A DNA stretch of 64,000 nucleotides from a virus (Duplodnaviria > Heunggongvirae > Uroviricota > Caudoviricetes), in the IMG/VR virus record IMGVR_UViG_3300045972_000219. One strand, 5' to 3'. Below the pieces are notes generated by a model, which was not told the origin of the DNA, made no database searches, and saw only the letters and a list, made by a program, of their open reading frames with translations. Positions within the stretch are counted from its first letter, which is position 1. Each line of letters begins with the position of its first letter. Both the position numbers and the translations under genes were made by a program. This document shows positions 28,601 through 36,205 of the stretch, piece after piece.

Positions 28601-28701
28601 CTATCATTAGTATAATTCCATTTATTAGTTTTTACAACAACTTTAGCTTGATATAAAGCTTGACCTTCTGTATTTTGTAAAGTCGTGAAGAATCTTTGCA
28701 T
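25645..28701 (-). CDS. large virion structural protein with N-terminal head-binding-like domain and lectin/ConA-like domains
   Basis: NPIPQPIFTDYDGLVDFYAPNGKYDLVV resembles tailspike attachment domains; two GDF.(Q)... beta-sandwich repeats; C-terminus LDGEYF. Confidence 0.55.
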   Translation of the reverse strand: MQRFFTTLQNTEGQALYQAKVVVKTNKWNYTNDSEELVEADIYDRDGNPIPQPIFTDYDGLVDFYAPNGKYDLVVGPMDPLDPFSTRTFEVLLEDYQTNVPEGTLVSSHTNGLDYPLGTTMMSNLIIDTDWPEDAVLVATHKNDSHHALQLVGTPNGLATRVWTGPYSIAPYDFTGVDDSPLNSEYWKHTNTSTRQILVRSNKGHIYTDESLDLGFTSAETLSQFEFIGDFEQEIDFLNHSQTPLETLDNIGQPIKTYNNTFIFGVKAGDQVLDIRFVSDSNIKSLPQNPFGKAYRVVLDDNQIAEIFLTDDLKDGRFKIKRVNGLVSLFYYNSTKVSFIHLCTTDKFNNYPATVWIHGKSSVGSFSIDIDDFKFRSVDKVVFTQGINETFNYYEDGFNKLNTKYWSSVSDGAITSDGFIASPKVINNIPNLVISNDLVGTKSGEITCGTKFKLCGDFVLQVNVSDSSVVNDEYDAGYGVRLSDNKDNYYTLKALVTGKPALRQIELSRPNAESISVPRVANNCSFVIKRINGNITFQVNDGSEFSEIISNASTEDLKIELLAFNRRNKLTSVTISSLNVVGDIVYDSLQTSGTGWSDFQKYPVLNEHGRIPAEYLADYWAANSVDNGNGGSTEEFSYMTLLNSSSFGMCYFDCFNTEDHEVTAEGDPIPSFFSMGSYWQGKKGSVLITQDVTQDNELQDIDKVFRAFYLHAECDASSQIETEYSFDTVTWYRCDTSVCSEGSITSGIVNRAEGFDKLYFKFTWNGSGRFYSYGVLYKSQNNSYVSDLKFREYFEVRQGYPAGSTLVLPKGINYTVNNKSLEVYYTRNDKTGYKWIPSINGGTGDYIELNPTTIRLLNPINPGDILEFEEKYGYVDKSFDNMMRLYNEHDTVGRHVFQDTRNPNARYRFIVADGILSLVPYTPDDVQPTGLQSAIDREHSLYGHHILPDSVNPSKAWKLVVTDGVPAVIPYQYNANYDVDLQDEIIIRTDEDNKLQQKIDSIEKTIVVGLGSLDGEYF

Positions 28702-28719
28702 AATATACACCTTCCATAT

Positions 28720-29208
28720 TTAAAATAGGGCAATTCCTAGTGCTATTGATAATACAACTTGAAGAGACGTACTCTTCACGTTATCCCAAAAACGTGCATT
28801 TTTTTCTTCTTCCATCATTTCTTTCTGATCTTCAATTCTTTGTATCAAAAAATTAGCATACCCTTCAGTAGCTTTTCCAAGATGAATAATAGAACGACTT
28901 CTACTTTGTGAATCATTGAATGATTCATTACATACTTTACCCCATTCAGATGACGCTAAAACATATTCTTTCATTTTTTCATAACGCTTCATATCATCTT
29001 CACTCTGAAAAGTGATGTATGATTTACCATCTTTATCTACAACCTTTGCAAAGGCTGGAAATTTATCTGGTTGTGGCATTACAGTTAGTTTTTCTTCTAT
29101 AACTGGAAGTTTATCGAATGCTTCCATTTTTTGTAAAACTCTAGGAGTTTTAGATGCGCAGCCACTAACGACTATTGCGAGAAAGAAAATCATCAATAGA
29201 TTTTTCAC
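28720..29208 (-). CDS. outer-membrane spanin (o-spanin, Rz1-like lipoprotein)
   Basis: GGAGG RBS then GTG gives MKNLLMIFFLAIVVSG-C lipobox; start lies inside the 3' end of the upstream TM/coiled-coil gene. Confidence 0.6.
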   Translation of the reverse strand: MKNLLMIFFLAIVVSGCASKTPRVLQKMEAFDKLPVIEEKLTVMPQPDKFPAFAKVVDKDGKSYITFQSEDDMKRYEKMKEYVLASSEWGKVCNESFNDSQSRSRSIIHLGKATEGYANFLIQRIEDQKEMMEEEKNARFWDNVKSTSLQVVLSIALGIALF

Positions 29209-29515
29209 GGTCAGCCTCCTGTACACGGTCTATGGCTGTAATTTTACTATTATAGTCTTCAACAATTTTTTCAGTTTCAGCTACGTCTTCCTTAATGTCC
29301 GTAGTAGCTTTTTCAATTTCTTTTACAGCCTCACCTGCATCTTTATTATATTCTTCATTAGCTTTGATTGTTTCTTTATCTTGATTCTTTTGATTTTCTT
29401 CAATAGCACCATCAATTTTTTTAGACTTACCAAAAGCATATAAAGCTATTGCTGCAAAGAAAGCAACAACAATGCCAGCAACTATCTGCCAATACTGTTT
29501 AATTTTATCCCACAT
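29165..29515 (-). CDS. inner-membrane spanin (i-spanin, Rz-like)
   Basis: Single N-terminal TM (WQIVAGIVVAFFAAIALYAF) followed by a charged coiled coil; overlaps the lipoprotein gene. Confidence 0.6.
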   Translation of the reverse strand: MWDKIKQYWQIVAGIVVAFFAAIALYAFGKSKKIDGAIEENQKNQDKETIKANEEYNKDAGEAVKEIEKATTDIKEDVAETEKIVEDYNSKITAIDRVQEADREKSIDDFLSRNSR

Positions 29516-29524
29516 AGTTATCTC

Positions 29525-30871
29525 CTATAGCTGACTTATATTTTGTTTTTCTTTCAGTTTTACTAATTGAGTTGCATCAATTACTGGCTGTGCAAACTCT
29601 TTTACTTTTAACAGATTGACATATATTCCAAAGTAATATATCTGTTTTGGTAGAAGTTCATTTGCAACTATCTGCATATTTTTATAGTCTACAGTATATT
29701 TAGTACTATCAACTAATCCTTCTGAATTCCATAATAATATTCTAACTTCAGATGTAGACGGTTTTTTAGCCTCATTTTTAATAAAGTCAGTATATACTCT
29801 AGGTATAGCATCTATAAAATCTAAAACATCATCACCTGTATCAGTTATGAATTTAGTAGTATCAACTAGAGTTAAGTCTCCAAGATGTTGAGGAGGTCTA
29901 GTTGATAACTGAACATTAAGATACTTATAGTTAGATATTTCTAAGCTCAAACTGTTAGTGAATGATTCACTAATTACATCAAATGTAGATAATGCAAATG
30001 TATCAGGTAGATTAAATTCACAAGATATATTATTAGTTATAATGGTTTTTTCTTGAGATTTTCCTATCAATCCTTTTTCATATGAAAAATCACCATCAAC
30101 CTTAAATAATAAATTAGTTATATAATCAAATGCAATACCCTCATTACCAGTTGCAGGGTTTCTATATTTATAAAAAGTATTCTGTTTACTATATTTATTC
30201 AGAATATCAACCAGAGTATTAGACTGCACAGTATCAGTTAAATCTAAATTTAATTCTTTTGCTAAAACTAATGTGATGAGATTTGGTAGTTCAATAGGTA
30301 ATCTTTGATTATTTATATAGAAATAATAATTTGAGTGTAATCTTCTTCTAAGAATAGTAACTATATCCCACGCCTTAATCTCAGTACCTAATCGTATAGC
30401 CATATCAAATGATAGTTTAACTCTAGATATGTTATAAAATATTTCATTACCACTTGTCTCATGATAGAATAATTTTTTTAGATATTTCTCCCAATCCTTA
30501 ACTGGTGGAGGCATACCATTAGTCCAGTTCAACATAGTATATACTGGTTGATTCTCAAATAAAGAATCTTGAGGTACATATGTAGGTATTAGTGCTAGTG
30601 ATGGAGAAAGTTTTCTAAATGTAGATAAATCAGATTTACCTTTAGTTTCAGCCACACTATTTAATGCAGTACCTACATATACATGCTTAAAAAAATTATT
30701 AGGAAATATACGAATCATATACTCTTTTGTTACTTCTACAACTTTTCCTAATGGTAGATGAGCAGATCTTAGATGTTTCATTACAAATAAATTCTTAGTC
30801 TCTCTAGGAAGTGTTGGAAGAGAATCGTCTAGATTGACCTTTTTATTATCAAACGATATGATAGTTGGCAT
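29525..30871 (-). CDS. conserved-looking jumbo-phage protein, probably a virion neck/tail component
   Basis: 448 aa intact ORF heading the minus-strand structural operon; no diagnostic motif. Confidence 0.45.
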   Translation of the reverse strand: MPTIISFDNKKVNLDDSLPTLPRETKNLFVMKHLRSAHLPLGKVVEVTKEYMIRIFPNNFFKHVYVGTALNSVAETKGKSDLSTFRKLSPSLALIPTYVPQDSLFENQPVYTMLNWTNGMPPPVKDWEKYLKKLFYHETSGNEIFYNISRVKLSFDMAIRLGTEIKAWDIVTILRRRLHSNYYFYINNQRLPIELPNLITLVLAKELNLDLTDTVQSNTLVDILNKYSKQNTFYKYRNPATGNEGIAFDYITNLLFKVDGDFSYEKGLIGKSQEKTIITNNISCEFNLPDTFALSTFDVISESFTNSLSLEISNYKYLNVQLSTRPPQHLGDLTLVDTTKFITDTGDDVLDFIDAIPRVYTDFIKNEAKKPSTSEVRILLWNSEGLVDSTKYTVDYKNMQIVANELLPKQIYYFGIYVNLLKVKEFAQPVIDATQLVKLKEKQNISQL

Positions 30872-30949
30872 ATAATTGCTCCTATTTATTATTCACAATA
30901 TATTAGTTCATACAAAAAAAGAAGCCCCTAATACAAAAGGGGCATTCTC

Positions 30950-31051
30950 TTAGAACAGGTTCTTCAGGTCTCTTTTAAAATCCTGAATAAACCATGTTCC
31001 TGTTACATATACCACATAACCAAAGCCAATTGTCATCGATACTTCAAACAT
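30950..31051 (-). CDS. 33-aa putative membrane peptide (absent from the ORF track)
   Basis: MFEVSMTIGFGYGVYVTGTWFIQDFKRDLKNLF; GGGGG RBS; terminator GCCCCT/AGGGGC with A-run at 30914-30943. Confidence 0.5.
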   Translation of the reverse strand: MFEVSMTIGFGYVVYVTGTWFIQDFKRDLKNLF

Positions 31052-31179
31052 GATACACCCCCACAAAAGAATTTTTTAATTACTAAAAAAATAATATTTA
31101 CATATATTAGGTGCGATTACGGTATTTCATATCTGAACATTCTATTGGTTTAATTTGATAAATAACAAGGAGAAAGATT

Positions 31180-31983
31180 ATGGCTGTTAGACCTCATATT
31201 GATAACAGTACGCATCTTTTATCATTTGCAAGCGGAATTGATCCCGATGGGATGATTACAGTCACGATCAATCCAAATCAAATTTTGATAGTTGAAAATG
31301 TGCGTATCGATATATCTAGATTCAATGAAAATAGGCGATCTTTTGCAATATCAGAAAAGAAGTTGTATCATATAAGATTTAGTTTGAATGGAAAAACATT
31401 CAATAATTATAATCCACCTAGTAGAGTTTCATTTTATTTGATAGAAGCAGATAATATGCAGTATAATCCATACAATATAGATGGAATGTCTTCATTTAGA
31501 TTTAAAGAAATAATTGATGATGATGCCATTCTTGCAGTTATTGATAACCGAGATAGTCTAATAAAAATAATTCCTGTATTTAATGATAGAGAAGGAGGAG
31601 TTGGCGGGGGAAGTGGACCAGTAGGACAGATAGTTGACTCAGATGTAGTCATAATGCAACCTGTAGATGATATTCAATCAACTACAGTACATGACGCTCT
31701 CATAGAGATAAGTGCTGAACATTCAGCATTAGATCATGTGCATCCAAGTTTAGTAGTTATTAATGAACAGTTGAATGGAGTTAATGGTCAGAATACCGAA
31801 TTTATTCTGAAAAATAGTTTCATGGCAGGGTCTAGCTCAGTATATTTAAATGGAGTAAGGTTAAGGAATGGTGAGATGTATGATTATTATGAAAATCCAA
31901 CCTTTAACTCTATTATATTTAATGATATACCTTGGCAGGGAGACATCGTTCTAGTAGATTATATCAAAAGTCTAAGTGTTTAA
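31180..31983 (+). CDS. virion structural protein (fibre adaptor)
   Basis: C-terminal NGQNTEF.L.....GSSSVYLNGVRL...DY domain shared with 32014..35430; N-terminal domain shared with 24198..25625. Confidence 0.65.
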   Translation: MAVRPHIDNSTHLLSFASGIDPDGMITVTINPNQILIVENVRIDISRFNENRRSFAISEKKLYHIRFSLNGKTFNNYNPPSRVSFYLIEADNMQYNPYNIDGMSSFRFKEIIDDDAILAVIDNRDSLIKIIPVFNDREGGVGGGSGPVGQIVDSDVVIMQPVDDIQSTTVHDALIEISAEHSALDHVHPSLVVINEQLNGVNGQNTEFILKNSFMAGSSSVYLNGVRLRNGEMYDYYENPTFNSIIFNDIPWQGDIVLVDYIKSLSV

Positions 31984-32013
31984 CTTAGACACTAACTTAA
32001 AGGAGATACAAAA

Positions 32014-35000
32014 ATGGCAATTACCACTAAGATTCGTGCCAGACAGATTGCTGATGCTCTTGTTAATGATGGATTAAGTAATATCCACATTATTAATGGT
32101 GCAGCAATCGACCAATCAAAGATCGCTGGTCTTCCTAGCGACCTTGCAGCAATCAATGCAGCTGCTGTAGCTGAAGTTAATGCTCGTACTTCCGCTGATG
32201 CAACGTTAACTACTAATCTTGCAGCTGAGGTTACTAACCGTACTAATGCAATTAGTGCTGAAGTTACTGCTCGTTCAAATGCAGATACGGGTCTTCAGAA
32301 TAGTATTAATATCCTTAATACTGCTCTGATTTCAGAAATTTCTAATCGTACATCAGAAGATGGAACGCTTCAGAGTAATATAAATGCTGAAGCAGCTGCT
32401 CGTACTACAGCTGATTCAACATTAACCACCAATCTTGCAACTGAAGTAACTAGTCGTACTAATGCAGATACAACTCTTCAGACCAACATTAACACTGTTA
32501 CTTCTAGTTTATCAACTGAAGTTACTGCAAGAGAAGCAGCTGATACAGCTCTTCAAAATACTATTAATACCACAATCACTAGTGTATCAACTGAAACTAC
32601 TGCTCGTATTGCTGCAGATGCAACCCTTCAAGATAATATTGATACTGAAGCATCTACTCGTTCTACTGCAGTTGCTGCAACTAATACAGCATTAGCTACA
32701 ACCAATACCAACTTAGGTACTGAAACTGCTGCACGTATTTCATCTGATAATACTCTTAGTACCAATATCTCTACAGTAGCCACTAACTTGGCAACTGAAT
32801 TGGTTAATCGTGAATCTGCAGACTTAGCTCTTGCTGCTGACATTGCAAGTGAAGTTTCTAACCGTCAGAGTGCTATCACTTCTGTACGTAGTGACTTAGC
32901 TGTTGAAACTTCTTCACGTTTAGGTATGACTCTTCAGGATATCTATCATCAGTCCAATGCAGCTAATGGTTTTACTAACATTAAGCTTGAAACTGGTAAA
33001 GATTTCCGTATTACAGACGACACCGATAATGCTATTTACTTCCAAGTAGATGCAGAAACTGGTGGATGTTCCATGACTGGTCCAGTTAGTATCTCTGGTG
33101 ACTTATATGTTACTGGTGAAACTACTGAAATCAGCTCAACTGTTACTAACTCTGATCACCTTCGTCTACTTCCACAGGGTAATGCTATTTCCCTTCAGGT
33201 TCTTCCTAAAATTGGAACTCCAGGTAATGCAGTTATCGTTGAAATGCGTGGTAACTACCTTGATGGACCAACTGCATTTAAGATTGATGCATCCAATGAT
33301 GTATGGATGGACTCTCGTGCTCGCATTACTTCTATCTACAATCCTGCATTTAATGCAAATGCAACTGATGGTCTTAAATTGAAAGCAGATCTTGATGCAG
33401 CTAACCAGTACATCAAAAATGTACCTAATGCTGTTTCCGCTGATCAAGCTATAAATCTTGGTCAGTTAACTACGGAAAAAGATCGTGCTGAAGCTGCAGA
33501 ATTAGTATTAACTAATAATCTTGCTTCTGAGGTTACGAATCGTACTGCTGCAGATTCATTGATTGTTTCTAACCTTGCTTCTACTGCAACTGGCAAGGGT
33601 GCAAGTACTATTGGTGTTTATGACGTTGCTGGTAACTTTGTTGGTGATGATGTTGAAGAAGTACTTGCTGAACTTCAGGCAACTATCAATGGTCTTGGTA
33701 GTGGAAATGCATCTAGTCTTGCATCAGAAGTTGCTGCACGTATTGCAGGTGATAATACCCTTCAAACTAACATTAATAATGAAGCATCAACTCGTTCAAG
33801 TGCTGATGCAACATTAACAGCTGATCTTGCTGCTGAAGTAACAAATCGTTCTAATGCGATTACTACTGAAGCTGCAGCTCGTGCTGCTGCAGATGCCACA
33901 TTAACTACTAATCTAGCTAATGAAACTTCTGCACGTATTGCAGGTGATACAACTCTTCAGACTAATCTTGATAATGAAGAAACTGCTCGTCTTGCAGCAG
34001 ATACAACTCTTCAGAATAATCTTAATACTGAAGCTGCTACTCGTACAACCAACGATACAACTCTTCAGAATAATATCAATGCAGAGGCTACTGCTCGTAC
34101 TTCTGCAGATACAACTGAAACTAATGCACGTATCTCTGCAGTTAATACTTTAACTACCAATCTTGCTGCAGAAGCCACTACTCGTGCAACCAATGATACT
34201 ACTCTTCAGAATAATATCACTGCTGAAATTGCTAACCGCATTGCTGCTATCGATTCATTGGCAACTGGTAGTCAGGATGCTCTTGATGCTGAAATCGCTA
34301 ATCGTACTGCAGCAGATACTACCTTAACTACTAATCTTGCTGCTGAAGTTATTAACCGTACTGCTGCAGATACTACTTTAACTACCAACCTTGCTGCTGA
34401 AGTAACTAATCGTACTGCTGCAGTATTAGCTGAGAAAACTCGTGCTGAAGCTGCTGAGTTAGTATTAACTAATGATCTTGCCGCTGAAGCTACTACTCGT
34501 TCAGCTAATGACACAGTTCTTCAGAACAACATCAACACTGAAGCATCTGCTCGTGCTACTGCTGTTTCTACACTTGCAGCTAATGTTTATACTAAAGCTC
34601 AGACTGATCAGTACTTTACTGATCTTTTGAATGCTGCTCCTGCTGCACTTGATACTCTTGGAGAGATTGCAACTGCTCTTCAGAATAATACTTCTCTTGA
34701 TGCTGCATTAACTAATGCTGTTTCAAACGAAGTAACTCGTGCAACTACTGCTGAAGCAGGTCTTCAGAATAATATTGACGCATTGACAGGTAACAAAGGT
34801 ATTACTCGTTCAGGTAGTGCTTTTGGTCTTACTGATGCAGTTGCACACAATGCAATTGTAATCGTAAACGGTGTTATTTCTACTGTTCTTGCAACTAATT
34901 CTGGTCTACAGATTGTTGCTAATGAACTTCTTACCAAAGTAGATGCTTCTTCCATCGAAGTTGATGGTACTGGTGCTCTTTCTGTTAAAGCACTTGGAAT

Positions 35001-35430
35001 TACTGCTGCTGAATTGGCTACAGACTCTGTTGTTAATGCTAAGATTCAGAATGGCGCTGTTTCCATTTCTAAATTGAATGCTGACGTAGTTGGTAATGGT
35101 CTACAGGGTGGTGCTGGTACTGCTCTTAATATTAAACTTGCAGCTAACTCTGGACTTGTTGTTGATGCTTCAGGTCTACGTACTGCTACTACAACTGTTA
35201 CTGCAGAGCGTGTTGTTGTACGTGATGCTACTAACGGTGTACCTGATGGAATTCTGACTGATTTCGATCTTACTCAGACTCCTTTCCTCAACAGTGAGGA
35301 AGTATTCCTTAATGGTATTCTTCAGGAGCCTGGAATTGGTAATGATTATACCATTTCTGGTGCTACAATTACTTTCTCCAATGCACCTTTTGCTGGTGAT
35401 AGAGTTCGTGTTAAATACATCATTGGTTAA
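32014..35430 (+). CDS. long coiled-coil whisker/fibre protein
   Basis: Numerous AEVTNRTAADTTLTTNL repeats, KNV.NA...D.AINLGQL motif, LDTLGEIATAL, terminal FLNGILQEPG.GNDY domain. Confidence 0.8.
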   Translation: MAITTKIRARQIADALVNDGLSNIHIINGAAIDQSKIAGLPSDLAAINAAAVAEVNARTSADATLTTNLAAEVTNRTNAISAEVTARSNADTGLQNSINILNTALISEISNRTSEDGTLQSNINAEAAARTTADSTLTTNLATEVTSRTNADTTLQTNINTVTSSLSTEVTAREAADTALQNTINTTITSVSTETTARIAADATLQDNIDTEASTRSTAVAATNTALATTNTNLGTETAARISSDNTLSTNISTVATNLATELVNRESADLALAADIASEVSNRQSAITSVRSDLAVETSSRLGMTLQDIYHQSNAANGFTNIKLETGKDFRITDDTDNAIYFQVDAETGGCSMTGPVSISGDLYVTGETTEISSTVTNSDHLRLLPQGNAISLQVLPKIGTPGNAVIVEMRGNYLDGPTAFKIDASNDVWMDSRARITSIYNPAFNANATDGLKLKADLDAANQYIKNVPNAVSADQAINLGQLTTEKDRAEAAELVLTNNLASEVTNRTAADSLIVSNLASTATGKGASTIGVYDVAGNFVGDDVEEVLAELQATINGLGSGNASSLASEVAARIAGDNTLQTNINNEASTRSSADATLTADLAAEVTNRSNAITTEAAARAAADATLTTNLANETSARIAGDTTLQTNLDNEETARLAADTTLQNNLNTEAATRTTNDTTLQNNINAEATARTSADTTETNARISAVNTLTTNLAAEATTRATNDTTLQNNITAEIANRIAAIDSLATGSQDALDAEIANRTAADTTLTTNLAAEVINRTAADTTLTTNLAAEVTNRTAAVLAEKTRAEAAELVLTNDLAAEATTRSANDTVLQNNINTEASARATAVSTLAANVYTKAQTDQYFTDLLNAAPAALDTLGEIATALQNNTSLDAALTNAVSNEVTRATTAEAGLQNNIDALTGNKGITRSGSAFGLTDAVAHNAIVIVNGVISTVLATNSGLQIVANELLTKVDASSIEVDGTGALSVKALGITAAELATDSVVNAKIQNGAVSISKLNADVVGNGLQGGAGTALNIKLAANSGLVVDASGLRTATTTVTAERVVVRDATNGVPDGILTDFDLTQTPFLNSEEVFLNGILQEPGIGNDYTISGATITFSNAPFAGDRVRVKYIIG

Positions 35431-35438
35431 TTAAACTG

Positions 35439-35474
35439 ATAGTGCAGGGTAAGATAATTCTTACCCTGCACTAT
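35439..35474 (+). terminator. 16-bp perfect hairpin
   Basis: ATAGTGCAGGGTAAGA-TAAT-TCTTACCCTGCACTAT. Confidence 0.65.
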
Positions 35475-35488
35475 GAAAGGAAAAATGT

Positions 35489-35893
35489 ATGCCATATCGT
35501 GAAGATGGGCATCCCTCTTTTCTATCACAGTTAGCTATCACTACTAATGATGTAAACATTGTACATATTGATGCAGGGTCTCCTTATGAGACTACCGAAT
35601 TAATTGATACAGTGGTTATCACTCATGATGTTGAACCAATAGCATCGCTACCAGTGATTGAAGTGAACGGGATTGAAGTAACTCCAGGAGCTATCGGATC
35701 AGGTCAAGAATTTGAAATGAAACGTTTGGCTTTTACACAAACGGTTATAAAAATAAAGACTCCTGGCATTTATAATATCAAGATTGCCAGATTTACCTTT
35801 TTAACTGTAAAACCAATAGTACCTACTGCTATTGGTGAAATGATCATTGGCTCTAATTTTGTCATTGGTTCTAATTTTGTCATTGGTAGCTAA
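35489..35893 (+). CDS. hypothetical virion protein
   Basis: 134 aa beta-rich ORF ending in the duplicated IGSNFVIGS motif. Confidence 0.6.
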   Translation: MPYREDGHPSFLSQLAITTNDVNIVHIDAGSPYETTELIDTVVITHDVEPIASLPVIEVNGIEVTPGAIGSGQEFEMKRLAFTQTVIKIKTPGIYNIKIARFTFLTVKPIVPTAIGEMIIGSNFVIGSNFVIGS

Positions 35894-35923
35894 TCTCAAC
35901 ACATCTTATGAAGGGATAAAAAC

Positions 35924-36184
35924 ATGGCTATTGTAGATTTTAATAATCTTAAGTCTAGATTTGAGAATGGTGATGCTCCAGTTGCCCAAGATTTTGTTGA
36001 CTTAGTCGATACTCTTGGTAATAACGCCAATTGGGGTAACATTTTCGGTAATCTAACATCTAATACTGATTTAAATAATGCATTGCTTACTAAAATGGAT
36101 GCAACCCGTACTTACACAAAAGATGAAGTAACCGCATTGTTAGCTGATCTTAAAACCGATGTAACTGATGCAGGATACTTCTAA
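35924..36184 (+). CDS. small fibre-associated protein, C-terminus TDAGYF
   Basis: LKSRFENGDAPVAQDFVDLVD is a common fibre N-terminal motif; YTKDEV motif. Confidence 0.65.
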   Translation: MAIVDFNNLKSRFENGDAPVAQDFVDLVDTLGNNANWGNIFGNLTSNTDLNNALLTKMDATRTYTKDEVTALLADLKTDVTDAGYF

Positions 36185-36205
36185 TAATTTAAAGGAGAAA
36201 TACAC

